The translations under genes and the position numbers were made by a program. The notes under the pieces were generated by a model that was not told where the DNA came from, ran no database searches, and saw nothing but the letters and a program-made list of their open reading frames with translations. This document shows, piece by piece, positions 11,663 to 21,716 of a stretch of DNA of 64,000 nucleotides. How positions within the stretch are numbered: the first letter of the stretch is position 1; each line of letters starts with the position of its first letter. Source of the stretch: Selaginella moellendorffii (Eukaryota; Plantae; Lycopodiophyta); the NCBI RefSeq assembly GCF_000143415.4, contig NW_003314284.1:726693-790692 (forward strand), given 5' to 3'.

Positions 11663-12024
11663 TCTTTGGTGTGGCTACCGCTTCCTCTTGATATTCGGCA
11701 CTTGTGCTTCCTAGTATGTTCACCATGGAATGGCTTAGGACCACATTTAGAAATGGCATGAGGCCACATGCCATCTTGGGCCCTTGCAATTTCATGGCTA
11801 GCGTATTGTCATGTATGTTTTTACTTGCCTGCAGCTGTGTGTATATTAAGATGGCATGAGGCCTCATGCCAATTTTGTGAATGCGAAATTTCACGTGGGT
11901 GTCAATAGCATGTTTGAATAATGGCATGTGGCCTCATGCTATTGAGGTTGTTTGGTATGTTATGATTTAGGCCATTCTCCAATCATTTTTTGTATGGTTT
12001 TAACTTCTTTTCTGCACTTTCAGA

Positions 12025-15012
12025 ATGGCCTTCAGGGTTGGGGAAAAGGTTTACATTTTGAATGGTGGGAAAAGAGTTGCAAAAGGGACGCTTGTGTCTA
12101 TGGATCGGAACTTTGTTATACATTGTCAAAGGCTTGGGGAAGGCAATGCTGCTGTATCAATAGAGACTGTCTTCGATGGGAATGTGGTCGCTATGGAACG
12201 AGGAGAGATGGTCGTCGGGGTAAATGTTGTTGTTGCCTTGAAAAATCTTCAGAAGAAAGCAGATGTTGGGGACAGCACAAGTGTGACGCATGTTCCCTCC
12301 GTGGATCTTAAGAACCATGCTACATGGATTCAGGCAAAGGTGTTTCTAAACAACCCCGAGGGGGAGGTGGTAGCTGAGGGCTTAGCCATAGTTGTCGATC
12401 CAAGAGATGCGGTTGCTAATCAAGAATTGGGCTGGGATGATATTGGAGTTGCGATTTTAGAGGTTGTTGACATAGAAGAAAATAGTCTGACTATTGGAAG
12501 CATTGTGCGGTGGAAATTGAGGCACTTAGTGTTTGAGAATGTGAAGGATTCACAATCAAACACCACTACAACTGATGACAGAACATCTCTTCATGGGAAA
12601 AGAAAGTACACCTTCCTAAAGCGCAGCCAAAGGGATCTGAGCAACGAACCGAAAAGGCAGAAAATGGCGATGGAGGTTCGAATGGTCTCAACAGTTGCTT
12701 GTTGCAAGAGGAGGTGCTGTCAACATGCTGATTGGGATGCTATTGAAAAGGAGAGAGCAGGATACAAGACATTGTTCTGGAAGGCAGCTCGCAATTTTGT
12801 GTATGAGGCATTACGGTCATCTGTTGATGCTTCAGGACATCAGGTGGGGGGCATGGTCTTCCAGAGGGGTTTGGTCTGCATGAAGGCATGGAGAATCATT
12901 TATGGAGTCCCTCGAACCACATTCTACAGAATCAAAACTGAGTTCGAGGAACAAAGGGTTCAACAGGCAATCCATGGGAACGACGGTACGCACAAAACCA
13001 GGGGTCATGTTGTATATGGAGAGGCAATCTTCAAGAGGTTTGTCGAGACATGTAGTGAGCAGCAACCACATAAAACCCGCCTCTTGGAAGATGGAACACG
13101 AGACACCCAACGAGTTCTCCCTTCCATGTATACCAAGGGGGCCATATTGGAAGATGTGAATCGGGAACTCCAGAGTAATGGCTACAGGAAGCTGAGCCAA
13201 TCTAGATTTAATAGATTGTGGAGCAACAGGTTCAGGGATGTGAGTATAGGAAAGTACTCCAGCTTTTCAAAGTGTGACGAGTGCACTGCTATCAAAATGG
13301 CTTTGTCGAAGAATTCTTGCAGCGCTCAAGAGCGAGAGACGTTGGTTAGAAGGCGGCTCGACCACAACATCGAGCAGAGAAGCTGCAGGACTGCATATTA
13401 TCATAACAGGATTCTCTCCATGGAGAGACCTGACTCTTACCTTTGCATCATCCACGACAAAATGGACCAGAAAAAGACGTGCTTACCTCGACTCAATCCT
13501 GCCCCCAAGGCAATCTCTTCATCCATGCAGCTGCCTGTGTCTCTGTTTGGCATAATCGCTCATGGGCATGGTGCCCAGAACTATGGGAACTTCTTTGTAC
13601 CTCTATGGGGTGGCGGGGGTGCAAACATGATGATTGCGTCCCTAGCAAAACACTTAAGGTCTCTGCAAAGTGTGCAGACTGAGCTGAACGGCCAACCCTT
13701 GCATAAGGCCCTTGTCGATCGAACCCCATATAGGGTTCAGCTAGAGGAGGAGCAAAGGCTTGCAGTATCGCGTGGGGCCCCATGCCATCCCAGTGAATAT
13801 GTTGGCCGTCAGATTGTAGGGTTATCACGTGAGGCCTCATACCATTCCGACGAGGCTGGTCGCCCGGTGAATGCACAGCCTCATCCAAACGAAGCAGAAT
13901 CTCAAGGAAGTTCTTGCGGCCGATGTGGCCTTCCACCCCATCTTCTGCTCCAAACAGACAATGCTGGTAGTGAGAACAAAAACATGTACGTCTTCGCGTA
14001 CTTGGCGATGCTTGTTGCCAAAGGCATATTTGAAATTGTTACACTTGGCTTTCTCATGGTTGGGCACACTCATGAAGACGTCGATGCCATGTTCAGTCAC
14101 CTGGCAGAGTCCCTCCGGCGATCCAATGTCCTCACCCTCCCACAACTCTACGATGGATTCCAAAATTGCATCAAAGGCACTGTTGAAGCTGCACTTGTGA
14201 CAGAGGTTCCAGACTTTAAGGGGTTTGTAAGAGGCTACATCAGGGACGGATCCGAAACGCTGATTGGCCACTCCAATCCTCTTCAGTTTCATTTCAGCAT
14301 GCGTGACGGTGCTCCAGTGATGAGGTACAAGATGAGAGAATGGGACACAATGTGGCTGCCAGTGGACGGCATTGAACTCTTCAAGAGAGATCCCATAACT
14401 GGGGAACCTATGATTCCTCAGGGTTCCCCACGGCCGATGCACCCGGATGGACTCAAAGACCAGGAAAGTATAGTGGCCGGGATTAGACAGCATATTGCCT
14501 TCTGGAAGAGGGGGTTGGTGTTTGGTGGAGAATCCTATTTTAAGAGGTGCAAGCCTTTGCTCGAATACTGGGAGAAGATTATATCTGCTATCCAAAATGG
14601 GCCGGTTGTATATGAAGAATTGGAAGAGTCCTTTTGGCCAGAACCCAGAGCACCAGATAGTAGCGGAACAATGTCCTCTGGAAATGCAGTGACAGATAAC
14701 GATGTTGAGGATCACTATTGTGGGCCGAGGAACAAGAAGCCGGATTCAGCATTCAATCCAGTACAGGTCTGCAAAGGAATGGTCGTGCTTGTCAGACCTA
14801 GTAATAAAAAACAAATGATATGGGTGGGGCACTGCATCACTGATGTAGAGGAGGACGCGGAAACTAACTCCTTCAATGTAACTGTGGAGTGGTTCAAGCC
14901 AAGTTCCGGATATACGAAGGATTGCCTAGAAAAGAGATGGGTGCTGAATCCAAGGGATCCCAGCATGAGCATATCGGTGAATAATGTTGTGTATGGTTGG
15001 ATGCGGAAGTAG
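12025..15012 (+). CDS. DDD-type transposase, Sola/DUF7869-like, with two N-terminal Tnp1/En/Spm-like modules, Cys clusters and a C-terminal BAH/SH3-like module
   Basis: 995-aa ORF with motifs IIHDKMDQ, LLLQTDNAGSENKN, FLMVGHTHEDVDAMFS, FSKCDEC and CCKRRCC. A splice acceptor lies just upstream of the ATG. The terminal TAG may be a premature CAG>TAG. Confidence 0.8.
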   Translation: MAFRVGEKVYILNGGKRVAKGTLVSMDRNFVIHCQRLGEGNAAVSIETVFDGNVVAMERGEMVVGVNVVVALKNLQKKADVGDSTSVTHVPSVDLKNHATWIQAKVFLNNPEGEVVAEGLAIVVDPRDAVANQELGWDDIGVAILEVVDIEENSLTIGSIVRWKLRHLVFENVKDSQSNTTTTDDRTSLHGKRKYTFLKRSQRDLSNEPKRQKMAMEVRMVSTVACCKRRCCQHADWDAIEKERAGYKTLFWKAARNFVYEALRSSVDASGHQVGGMVFQRGLVCMKAWRIIYGVPRTTFYRIKTEFEEQRVQQAIHGNDGTHKTRGHVVYGEAIFKRFVETCSEQQPHKTRLLEDGTRDTQRVLPSMYTKGAILEDVNRELQSNGYRKLSQSRFNRLWSNRFRDVSIGKYSSFSKCDECTAIKMALSKNSCSAQERETLVRRRLDHNIEQRSCRTAYYHNRILSMERPDSYLCIIHDKMDQKKTCLPRLNPAPKAISSSMQLPVSLFGIIAHGHGAQNYGNFFVPLWGGGGANMMIASLAKHLRSLQSVQTELNGQPLHKALVDRTPYRVQLEEEQRLAVSRGAPCHPSEYVGRQIVGLSREASYHSDEAGRPVNAQPHPNEAESQGSSCGRCGLPPHLLLQTDNAGSENKNMYVFAYLAMLVAKGIFEIVTLGFLMVGHTHEDVDAMFSHLAESLRRSNVLTLPQLYDGFQNCIKGTVEAALVTEVPDFKGFVRGYIRDGSETLIGHSNPLQFHFSMRDGAPVMRYKMREWDTMWLPVDGIELFKRDPITGEPMIPQGSPRPMHPDGLKDQESIVAGIRQHIAFWKRGLVFGGESYFKRCKPLLEYWEKIISAIQNGPVVYEELEESFWPEPRAPDSSGTMSSGNAVTDNDVEDHYCGPRNKKPDSAFNPVQVCKGMVVLVRPSNKKQMIWVGHCITDVEEDAETNSFNVTVEWFKPSSGYTKDCLEKRWVLNPRDPSMSISVNNVVYGWMRK

Positions 15013-15806
15013 AGTGCCACCATCACCTTGCCAGACCATGCAAGAGATGCAGCAAGAGCATTCATAACCCGGGTTCAAGGTGAGATTCATTAATATTCCT
15101 TTACTAAGTTTCTAATGTATTTTATTTCAAGGTGAACAATCCGAATCTGAATCAGAGGAGGTGTGATGGCATGTGGCCTTACGCCATTCCTAGGTGAGAT
15201 GATACAAATAACAAGTATAAATTCTTAGTTGTTCTAGCAAATCTTACTTAAAGTTCAAAGTGAACAAGCCGAATATGAATTCATCGGATTGTTATAACGA
15301 ATTGCGAGGTGATGGCATGAGGCGATACGCCATTTCAAAGTGGTAGCCATTCCTATATGAGGTGAGTGAAATATTTATTAGAAATACCTCATTCAATTGT
15401 GCACTTCTAAGTCTTGGTCCACTCAGTATTGTTTGCATGTTTCTATTTTAATTCTTTCTCTAAAATGTTATTTAGCATGTGGCTTCATGCCATTGCTCTC
15501 CACAATCATGCATTGAATTTTTCTATCCTTGCATAATACTTCTCCATATATATAGCATGTGCGCACATGTGATATGGTTCATTAGGCCTGATATAGTGTG
15601 TGAGGTAAAACAAAGATGATGTGACATATGCATTTACCAATCACACGTGCAAAAATCTAATAATATGGCATATGGCCCATATTAATGGCACATAAACCCA
15701 TATTGTGGGCTTACGTGCTTTATGTACCATCATTCCCTTGCAGCGTGTGTGTTGGTTTCCTTTTATAACACAACGAACTCCATATTTTAGGGTGAAGAGT
15801 GTTCTC

Positions 15807-16064
15807 ATGGCAAGCACAAAATCTGTAAGTGAGGCAGAAAAGGAAACGGAGAAGGAGATAGGTGAAGATGTAGAATATATAAGTCTTCCAAACTCCCCGT
15901 ACTATGCTCCAGGTGATCATTTTTCTGAACAAACGGCAACATTAACAACTATCGAGAACGCCCCAGTAACGTCAGAGACAACAATCCAAAGCAAAACAAC
16001 TGACCCGGAGAAGGATGATAGTACCGCTGAGAGTACCAAAAAGGAGGTGTCCACTAGCGCTTAG
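15807..16064 (+). CDS. Possible small acidic exon/ORF of a further element-borne gene
   Basis: MASTKSVSEAEKETEKE..., preceded by an acceptor-like ttttag and followed by a palindrome-bearing intron-like segment. No recognisable domain. Confidence 0.3.
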   Translation: MASTKSVSEAEKETEKEIGEDVEYISLPNSPYYAPGDHFSEQTATLTTIENAPVTSETTIQSKTTDPEKDDSTAESTKKEVSTSA

Positions 16065-17227
16065 GCTTATAATGGCGTGCGCCCTCATGCCATTTACTTG
16101 ATCACCAAATACCTTTTTCCCTTTGCACTAGTATATCTTAATACCGGTCTGAGAAATAGAATGGCATGTGCCCTCAGGCTTTTTACTAAATCACCTTTGA
16201 AAGAAATGCAAGCCTCTATGTCGTAAAAAAAAGGTACTAGAGAAATTCCTTAATAATATGAATGTTATTTAGTTTCATGAAAATACACTAAGGGTCAAAT
16301 GAGTTAAATGACTTCTCCAGACTAGCAATGCCTCTTGCTACACCTTCACAATTAGATTTGTTAGAAAAAGATAACATTGAATAATATCTAAATGTTCTCA
16401 CCATTAAGTTATATATCTAGCTAATAGGAATGACGTTCATCTTGGAAAGCTCACCACACGCTCAATGAACAAACAAATAGTGTGTGCGCGCATGCCATCG
16501 CTCTTCTTTAGCTTCAGATTCGGCTTGTTCACCTTGACAATGAGATTTATTATACAACCAGATGGACTCAGTCTGGACACAAAGTCACCGCGCTAGTCAC
16601 CATGCCCCAGATATGTCTAGCCCCTGGACAAAAAACATATAATTTCACGTCATTTTCAAATACTTGAAAATTTGTACCTAGTCCCATTTTACTGAATAAA
16701 TCCCACTTTAACGAAATAGAGCTTTAATAGAGTCAAAGAATAATCCTAAAGGATTGATGGAAGCATTTGGACTAAGGTGTGTGGTGCCCCATGAAGGATG
16801 GGGAGGATCTTGAGATCCAAGCATGAGAACAGTGTGTATCTCATTGATGGCAGAAGGTGCCATACTAAAGTCATGGGAAGGAGTTTCCCGGAAGAAAACA
16901 ACTTTGACACAAAGTTGTGCGTGAACTCTATGGTGCAGTGCTAATGGATAATTGGCATAAGAGACAACCATATTGGTCTTGGCAAAAAGACCTAGACACA
17001 AGTAAGAAGTGTCATAAAGGTAGGCTCATGGAGCTGATGGTGTGGAGACACCGAATGTGCCAAGGCATGCTGCCTTGAGGTCAAATTGGCGGGTTTATGA
17101 GAACTCCTTCCAAAGGAATCCCAATGGAAATGGGAATAGCATAGCCTAAGCTGGAAGGCAGGCGGTTAGAATGTGGTGACCTAGATAATGATGGAAGTGT
17201 GAAAGCACCAGCAATGAGTTGGAGGAC

Positions 17228-17414
17228 TGTTGGGGGAAGGAGGGGCGCTTCCCCCAACGCTCGCTCAAACACGAGAAATGCTTCACTGCTCTCCACAAAA
17301 ATGCCCCCCCCTCGCCTTTGTGAGGCAAGGGTTTTATACAAGGAAGATGGGGAATATTCTGAGGACCAGAATATTCCCTCTCTCTCTCACTCTCTCGGTG
17401 GCCACGCCCTAACA
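17228..17414 (-). repeat. 3' LTR of the Tat-like element
   Basis: TGTTGGGGGAAGG...GCCCTAACA, near-identical to 26458-26648. Confidence 0.93.
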
Positions 17415-18772
17415 TGCGACCATGGTGGATCGCGCTGGCTCCAGACGCGCGAGAACCCTCCGAAGAGTGTAGAGTGTACGTTTGCTACTGATGCCAAGTG
17501 CTAGTAACTGTGTGAAATAGTAGAAACTCTAGGAAACAGAGTGGAAAAGAAAAAAAAAAGGTAGGTGAGAAGTTTGGAGACAGGGAGAAAACCCGGTGGG
17601 AAACCCTGTAGTCAAACTGGACCCTGAAGTTGAAGAAAAGTGTAGAAAAAGTGTGAAAAGAGGAGGAAAATAGAGGAAAAAGAACGTGAGTACCCAAAGA
17701 ACTTAACCCGTACCTGGATTTCGGCTCAGGAAAGTGTACTATGCAAATGCAACCTCTTGATGACTTCCGGTATGCTCCAAGGATTGGCCGAAATCGAGAA
17801 AGAAAGAGAGGTAGAAGAGGGGATGCGTTGCCCAAGGGTGGTAAGTGTGGAAATGATGAAAGATGGAGTGATATGGTGGAGCGCCAAGATGGTGGTGGCA
17901 CTCGGAAGTGGTAGCCATTGATAACCGTTGGCCCGTAGAGTAAACACTGACCACTCGAAGTAGCCGGTAACCGATAACCGGTAGCCGGGTACCTGTAACC
18001 AGTAACTGGTAACCACCTGCTCTCGCTCCTACTCCTGCGCCAGCTCCATGGTGGAGCGCTGAGATGGTGGTGGCTCTCTGAGAAGGTGGCTAGTCTGATG
18101 TGTCGGACTGAAGAAGTCAGTGGCTGAAAAGGACGGCATAGTCACTAGGTTGCCAGTAAAGAGAGGTGGCATGTGTCCACTGAGTGCTGGAGCAGAAGAA
18201 AGTGGCTTCGGCTTCTGTGGCCTCGCCTAAAGATCCACCTAGGTGCCTTGAGTGAACAGGTTCACCTGGTTGGAAGAAAGTCGCTCCAGAAAAGCTAGTG
18301 CGTTGTCGGCAAATGGTCGTAAAGACATCTTGGACATGGCATGTCCAAATGAGGTGGTGTCTTTTGCTGCTGGTGCATGTATGTGTGTCCGTGGTATGGT
18401 GTAAATGTGACCTCAAATGGAGATGGGAATGATGGTGAAAGAATGAAAGATGCAAGATGGGCATCTAGAGATAAGTGCGGGCAACGCTGTTGGAAGTGAT
18501 TAGTGATGGAACTGTGAGTGTAGATGATATGGAATGAGTGTGGGAAATGTGCAGGGTATAGTAATGATAAAGGAAGGGCCAAAGAACCTAGAACATAGAC
18601 CGAGCCAAGCGAGGAACCTCCATACAAACGACAATGCAACCTGAGCACGAAATCCAAGGCATGGGCCACGGTCCAATGGAGAAACACCCTCTGAAAGTAA
18701 GAAAAGTAGCCACGAAAGTAAAGTGAAAGAAAGGAAGAGAAAGAAAAAGAAAAAGAAGAGAAGAGGAACGCC

Positions 18773-20455
18773 TCACCGGATGAAGCGTTTGAGATGAGAG
18801 TGATTGTGAGCGTGTGGGAGCTCACGTCCATCAGCATCAACTAGCATATATGCTCCGCCTCCGATGTGTCGCTGGACAAAGTAGGGGCCGGTCCAGCGAG
18901 GGGAGAACTTCGAAGGTGGCGTGAACTCCTTGAGTAGAACGAGATCGCCATCCTCGAATGGTTCGGCAAACCGCTGGTGATCGATGACTGACTTGATCTT
19001 CTGCTTGCCTCGAAGGAGATGTTCAGTCGTGGATCGTCACTGTTCTTCTAAGGCAAGAACCTCCAAGTCACGTGCATGAAGCTTGTCCTCATTGCTAAGC
19101 TGAATCGCTGCTGCGTATCGAAGTGAAAGTGAGAGTGATGGCACTTGGATCTCTACTGGAAGTATGGCCTCTATCCCATAGACAAGGGAGAATGGGGTCA
19201 CAGAGATGGATGTCTTGAAGGATGTCTGAAAGGCCCACAATGCTATAACCAAGTGCTCGTGCCAACGCCTTGGGTGATCATCCACAAGCTTTGAGATGAC
19301 TGTCTTTAATATTTTGTTGCTGGACTCTGCCTGGCCATTGCAGTCCGGATAATAGCTGCTTCTTTTCACGTGCTTGACCTGTAGTTGCTGGAGAAGATGC
19401 TGCATCACCTGTCCAAGGAAGCTGCTGCCACGATCGAAAACCAAAACAGCAGGAACTCCAAATCGGCAAATGATGTACTCGTAGACAAACTTTGCTGTAG
19501 ACTGCTGATCTGCCTGTCGCAAAGGGGTGGCCTCGACCCATTTTGTGAAATAGTCCGTCGCCACGATAATGTATTGCTGTCCTTTTGAGCTCGGTGGGTT
19601 GATCGGGCCAACGAAGTCAAGTCCCCACTGGAAAAAGGGACCCAGAGAAGTGATGAGCTGAAAAGGAAGACGTGGAACATGGCTCCGGGGGTTGAACCGT
19701 TGGCACTGCTCACATGACTTTGCATAGGCCAAGCTGTCCTGGTGAATCCGAGGCCAAAAGTAGCCATGGCGCAAGAGGAGCTGTGCTGTAACCCGTCCCG
19801 AGAAATGCCCCGCACAAGAGTGGAAAGCGCGAAGGAGCTTAGGGACCTCGTGTTCCCCCACACACCGCAACAAAACTTCCTGAGAAGTCCTCCTGTAAAG
19901 GTGTCCATCAAGAAGGCAAAACCCCCGTGCTCGGATCTCCAATGCCTTTTGTTGTACTGGTGAGGAATCTGCTGGGAACTGACCTGAATCCAGGTACACC
20001 GCAACATCCTGTAATGCTGCTGGGACCACAAAGGAGGTAGCCTCAGCAACTAGGAACTCGCTCGGATCCATCACACGCTTCCGCGGCATGTGAAAAGTTG
20101 GTTGGAACTCTTGGATGGTCACAATCCAAGATAAAGTACGAGGACTGTGAACCGGTTGCTGTAAAAGAAAGGTCAGCACATTAAAATAGACGTGGAAATG
20201 GATACAGGCTCCAGCAAGGAAGTGGCGAAAACGCTCCAAGGTGTAAACAACAGCCACTGCTTCTTTTTCTGCATCCACGTACTTCTTCTCAGTCTCCTTG
20301 AACGAATGTGAGGCATAATATGTTGCATGTGGTGGCTTGCCAAGCTATGAACATTGGCAAAGGCATACTCCAAAAGCCTCTGTACCTGTCGTGATGTAAA
20401 TGTCAAAAGGAAGTTGTCGTTCTGGTGGTTGGAGTACCGGGGCCTTGTGGAGTGA
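18773..20455 (-). pseudogene. pol: Degenerate RNase H/tether and integrase with GPY motif; stops and frameshift
   Basis: HSCAGHF...CEQCQ HHCC zinc finger, WGLDFVGP, DYFTKWVEA, DRGS, NGQAESSNK, then RWTGPYFV...HLKRFIR* ending at 18773. Confidence 0.92.
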
Positions 20456-21285
20456 CTACTTCAGTGATTCAAAGGCTTGTTGCTGGGACTCACCCCAGAT
20501 AAATGGAACGTTGTGTTGTAGCAGAGCTATCAGGGGCCGTGAACATGCAGCATAGTTGTGAATGAAACGGTGAAAGAAACCCGTTTGCCCAAGGAAACTG
20601 CGAAGCTGCTTCAAGTTGGTTGGTGGGTTCCGATCCAAAATCTCCTGAGCCTTGGCTACCTGGGGTTTGATCCCATCCTGAGAGACGTCAAAGCCCAGTA
20701 ACCGGCCTTCGGTTACCCCAAATTTACACTTTGCCGGGTTCAATGAAAATTTGTGGTGTCGGCAGCGAGTGAAAATCTGTTCCAAGTGCATAAGGTGATC
20801 CTCAAAGGAGTCAGAGGTCGTGCACAGATCATCCATATACACCCTCAAGGTGCCTCCAATCAAGTCGTGAAAGGCATGGGTCATAAAGCGCTGAAAAGTA
20901 GCTCCGGCGTTACACAAGCCAAATGGGAGGACGTTGAAAGCAAAGACGCCCCAAGGTGTCCGAAAGGCCGTAAAATCTCGATGATCTGGATGAATGAAGA
21001 TCTGGTTGTACCCTGAAAAGCCATCCATGAAAGAGTAGTACCGGTGGCCAGCCATCTCATCCACAATCGCATCGATAAACGGAGTTGGAAAGTGATCTTT
21101 CGCAGTTGCCTTGTTCAAGTCTTGAAAGTCAACACAGAGGCGGAGTTTTCCATTTGCCTTGCATGCAGGGACGAGATTGGCCACCCACTCTGAGCTCTCC
21201 AAAGGGTAAATAAAGCCGGCTGCTAGAAGTCGCTCGATCCCCAACTTCATCTCTGAGTGAGCTGTCGGGCTGAAACGCCGCATCT
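20456..21285 (-). pseudogene. pol: Reverse transcriptase
   Basis: LRLCVDFQDLN, MDGFSGYNQI, LPFGLCNAGATFQR, VYMDD, LNPAKCKF. Confidence 0.95.
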
Positions 21286-21716
21286 GAGGTTCTTGGTGTT
21301 CAGCCACACCTTCTCCCCAGCTTGGAACTCTACATCCCGGCGCTTTAGGTTTGCGTACTTGGTTTGCCTTTGTTGAGCCCGTTCCAAGGAATCCCTCACT
21401 AGATTCCAAATGTTGAGTCTTTCTGCCGTGAATGCCTCCACTGCGGGTAGCTCTCCATGATACTCGGCCACGCCGAGTTCCACAGGACCTTCAATAGCTC
21501 GCCCATTGATGACTTCCCATGGACTCACCCCGATACTCGAATGTGGTGAGTTGTTATAACACATTTCCGCAAGTCCCAAATGACTTACCCAATCGGTCTG
21601 GTCTCCCGAGACATAGCATCGCAAATAATCCTCCAGCTGCCTATTCACCCTTTCCGTTTGTCCGTCTGTCAAGAAGTGTTAGGACCACCAAACTTGACTT
21701 ACTACCCCATACCTGT
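21286..21716 (-). mobile_element. Foreign Ty3/gypsy integrase fragment inserted in the Tat pol
   Basis: TDGQTERVNRQLEDYLRCYV...AEMCYNNSPHSSIGVSPW...GEKVWL. Absent from the paralogous pol at ~33980. Confidence 0.85.

Larger units (their letters stand above)
1281..16500. repeat. Dispersed 22-bp palindrome family ATGGCRTG-N6-CAYGCCAT (>25 copies)
   Basis: Copies start at ~1346, 1406, 2138, 3209, 3688, 4503, 5580, 5655, 6875, 7066, 7207, 8706, 9438, 9498, 9575, 11138, 11753, 11851, 11921, 13767, 13824, 15166, 15312, 15472, 16072 and 16161. Confidence 0.93.
4133..16706. mobile_element. Candidate large DNA transposon (Sola/DUF7869-like transposase plus divergent cargo gene); termini not established
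   Basis: Transposase ORF, a cargo gene, and one palindromic motif family shared across the interval but not seen in the rest of the window. The left end abuts a gap; the right end abuts LARD internal sequence. Confidence 0.65.

Noticed and set aside
1281-16500. Palindromes as a CRISPR array, REP elements or terminators
   Set aside because: Eukaryotic context, irregular spacing, no cas or RAYT genes, and no U-tracts.
16690-16712. GTGGGA (4133) / TCCCACT-TTAA (16701) as TIRs and TSD of the DNA transposon
   Set aside because: Only ~6-8 bp match and the left side is truncated by the gap; suggestive but unsupported.
18117-18840. Hydrophobic ORF after integrase as an env-like gene
   Set aside because: Arises from a pyrimidine-rich 3' UTR in a shifted frame and is truncated differently in the second copy.
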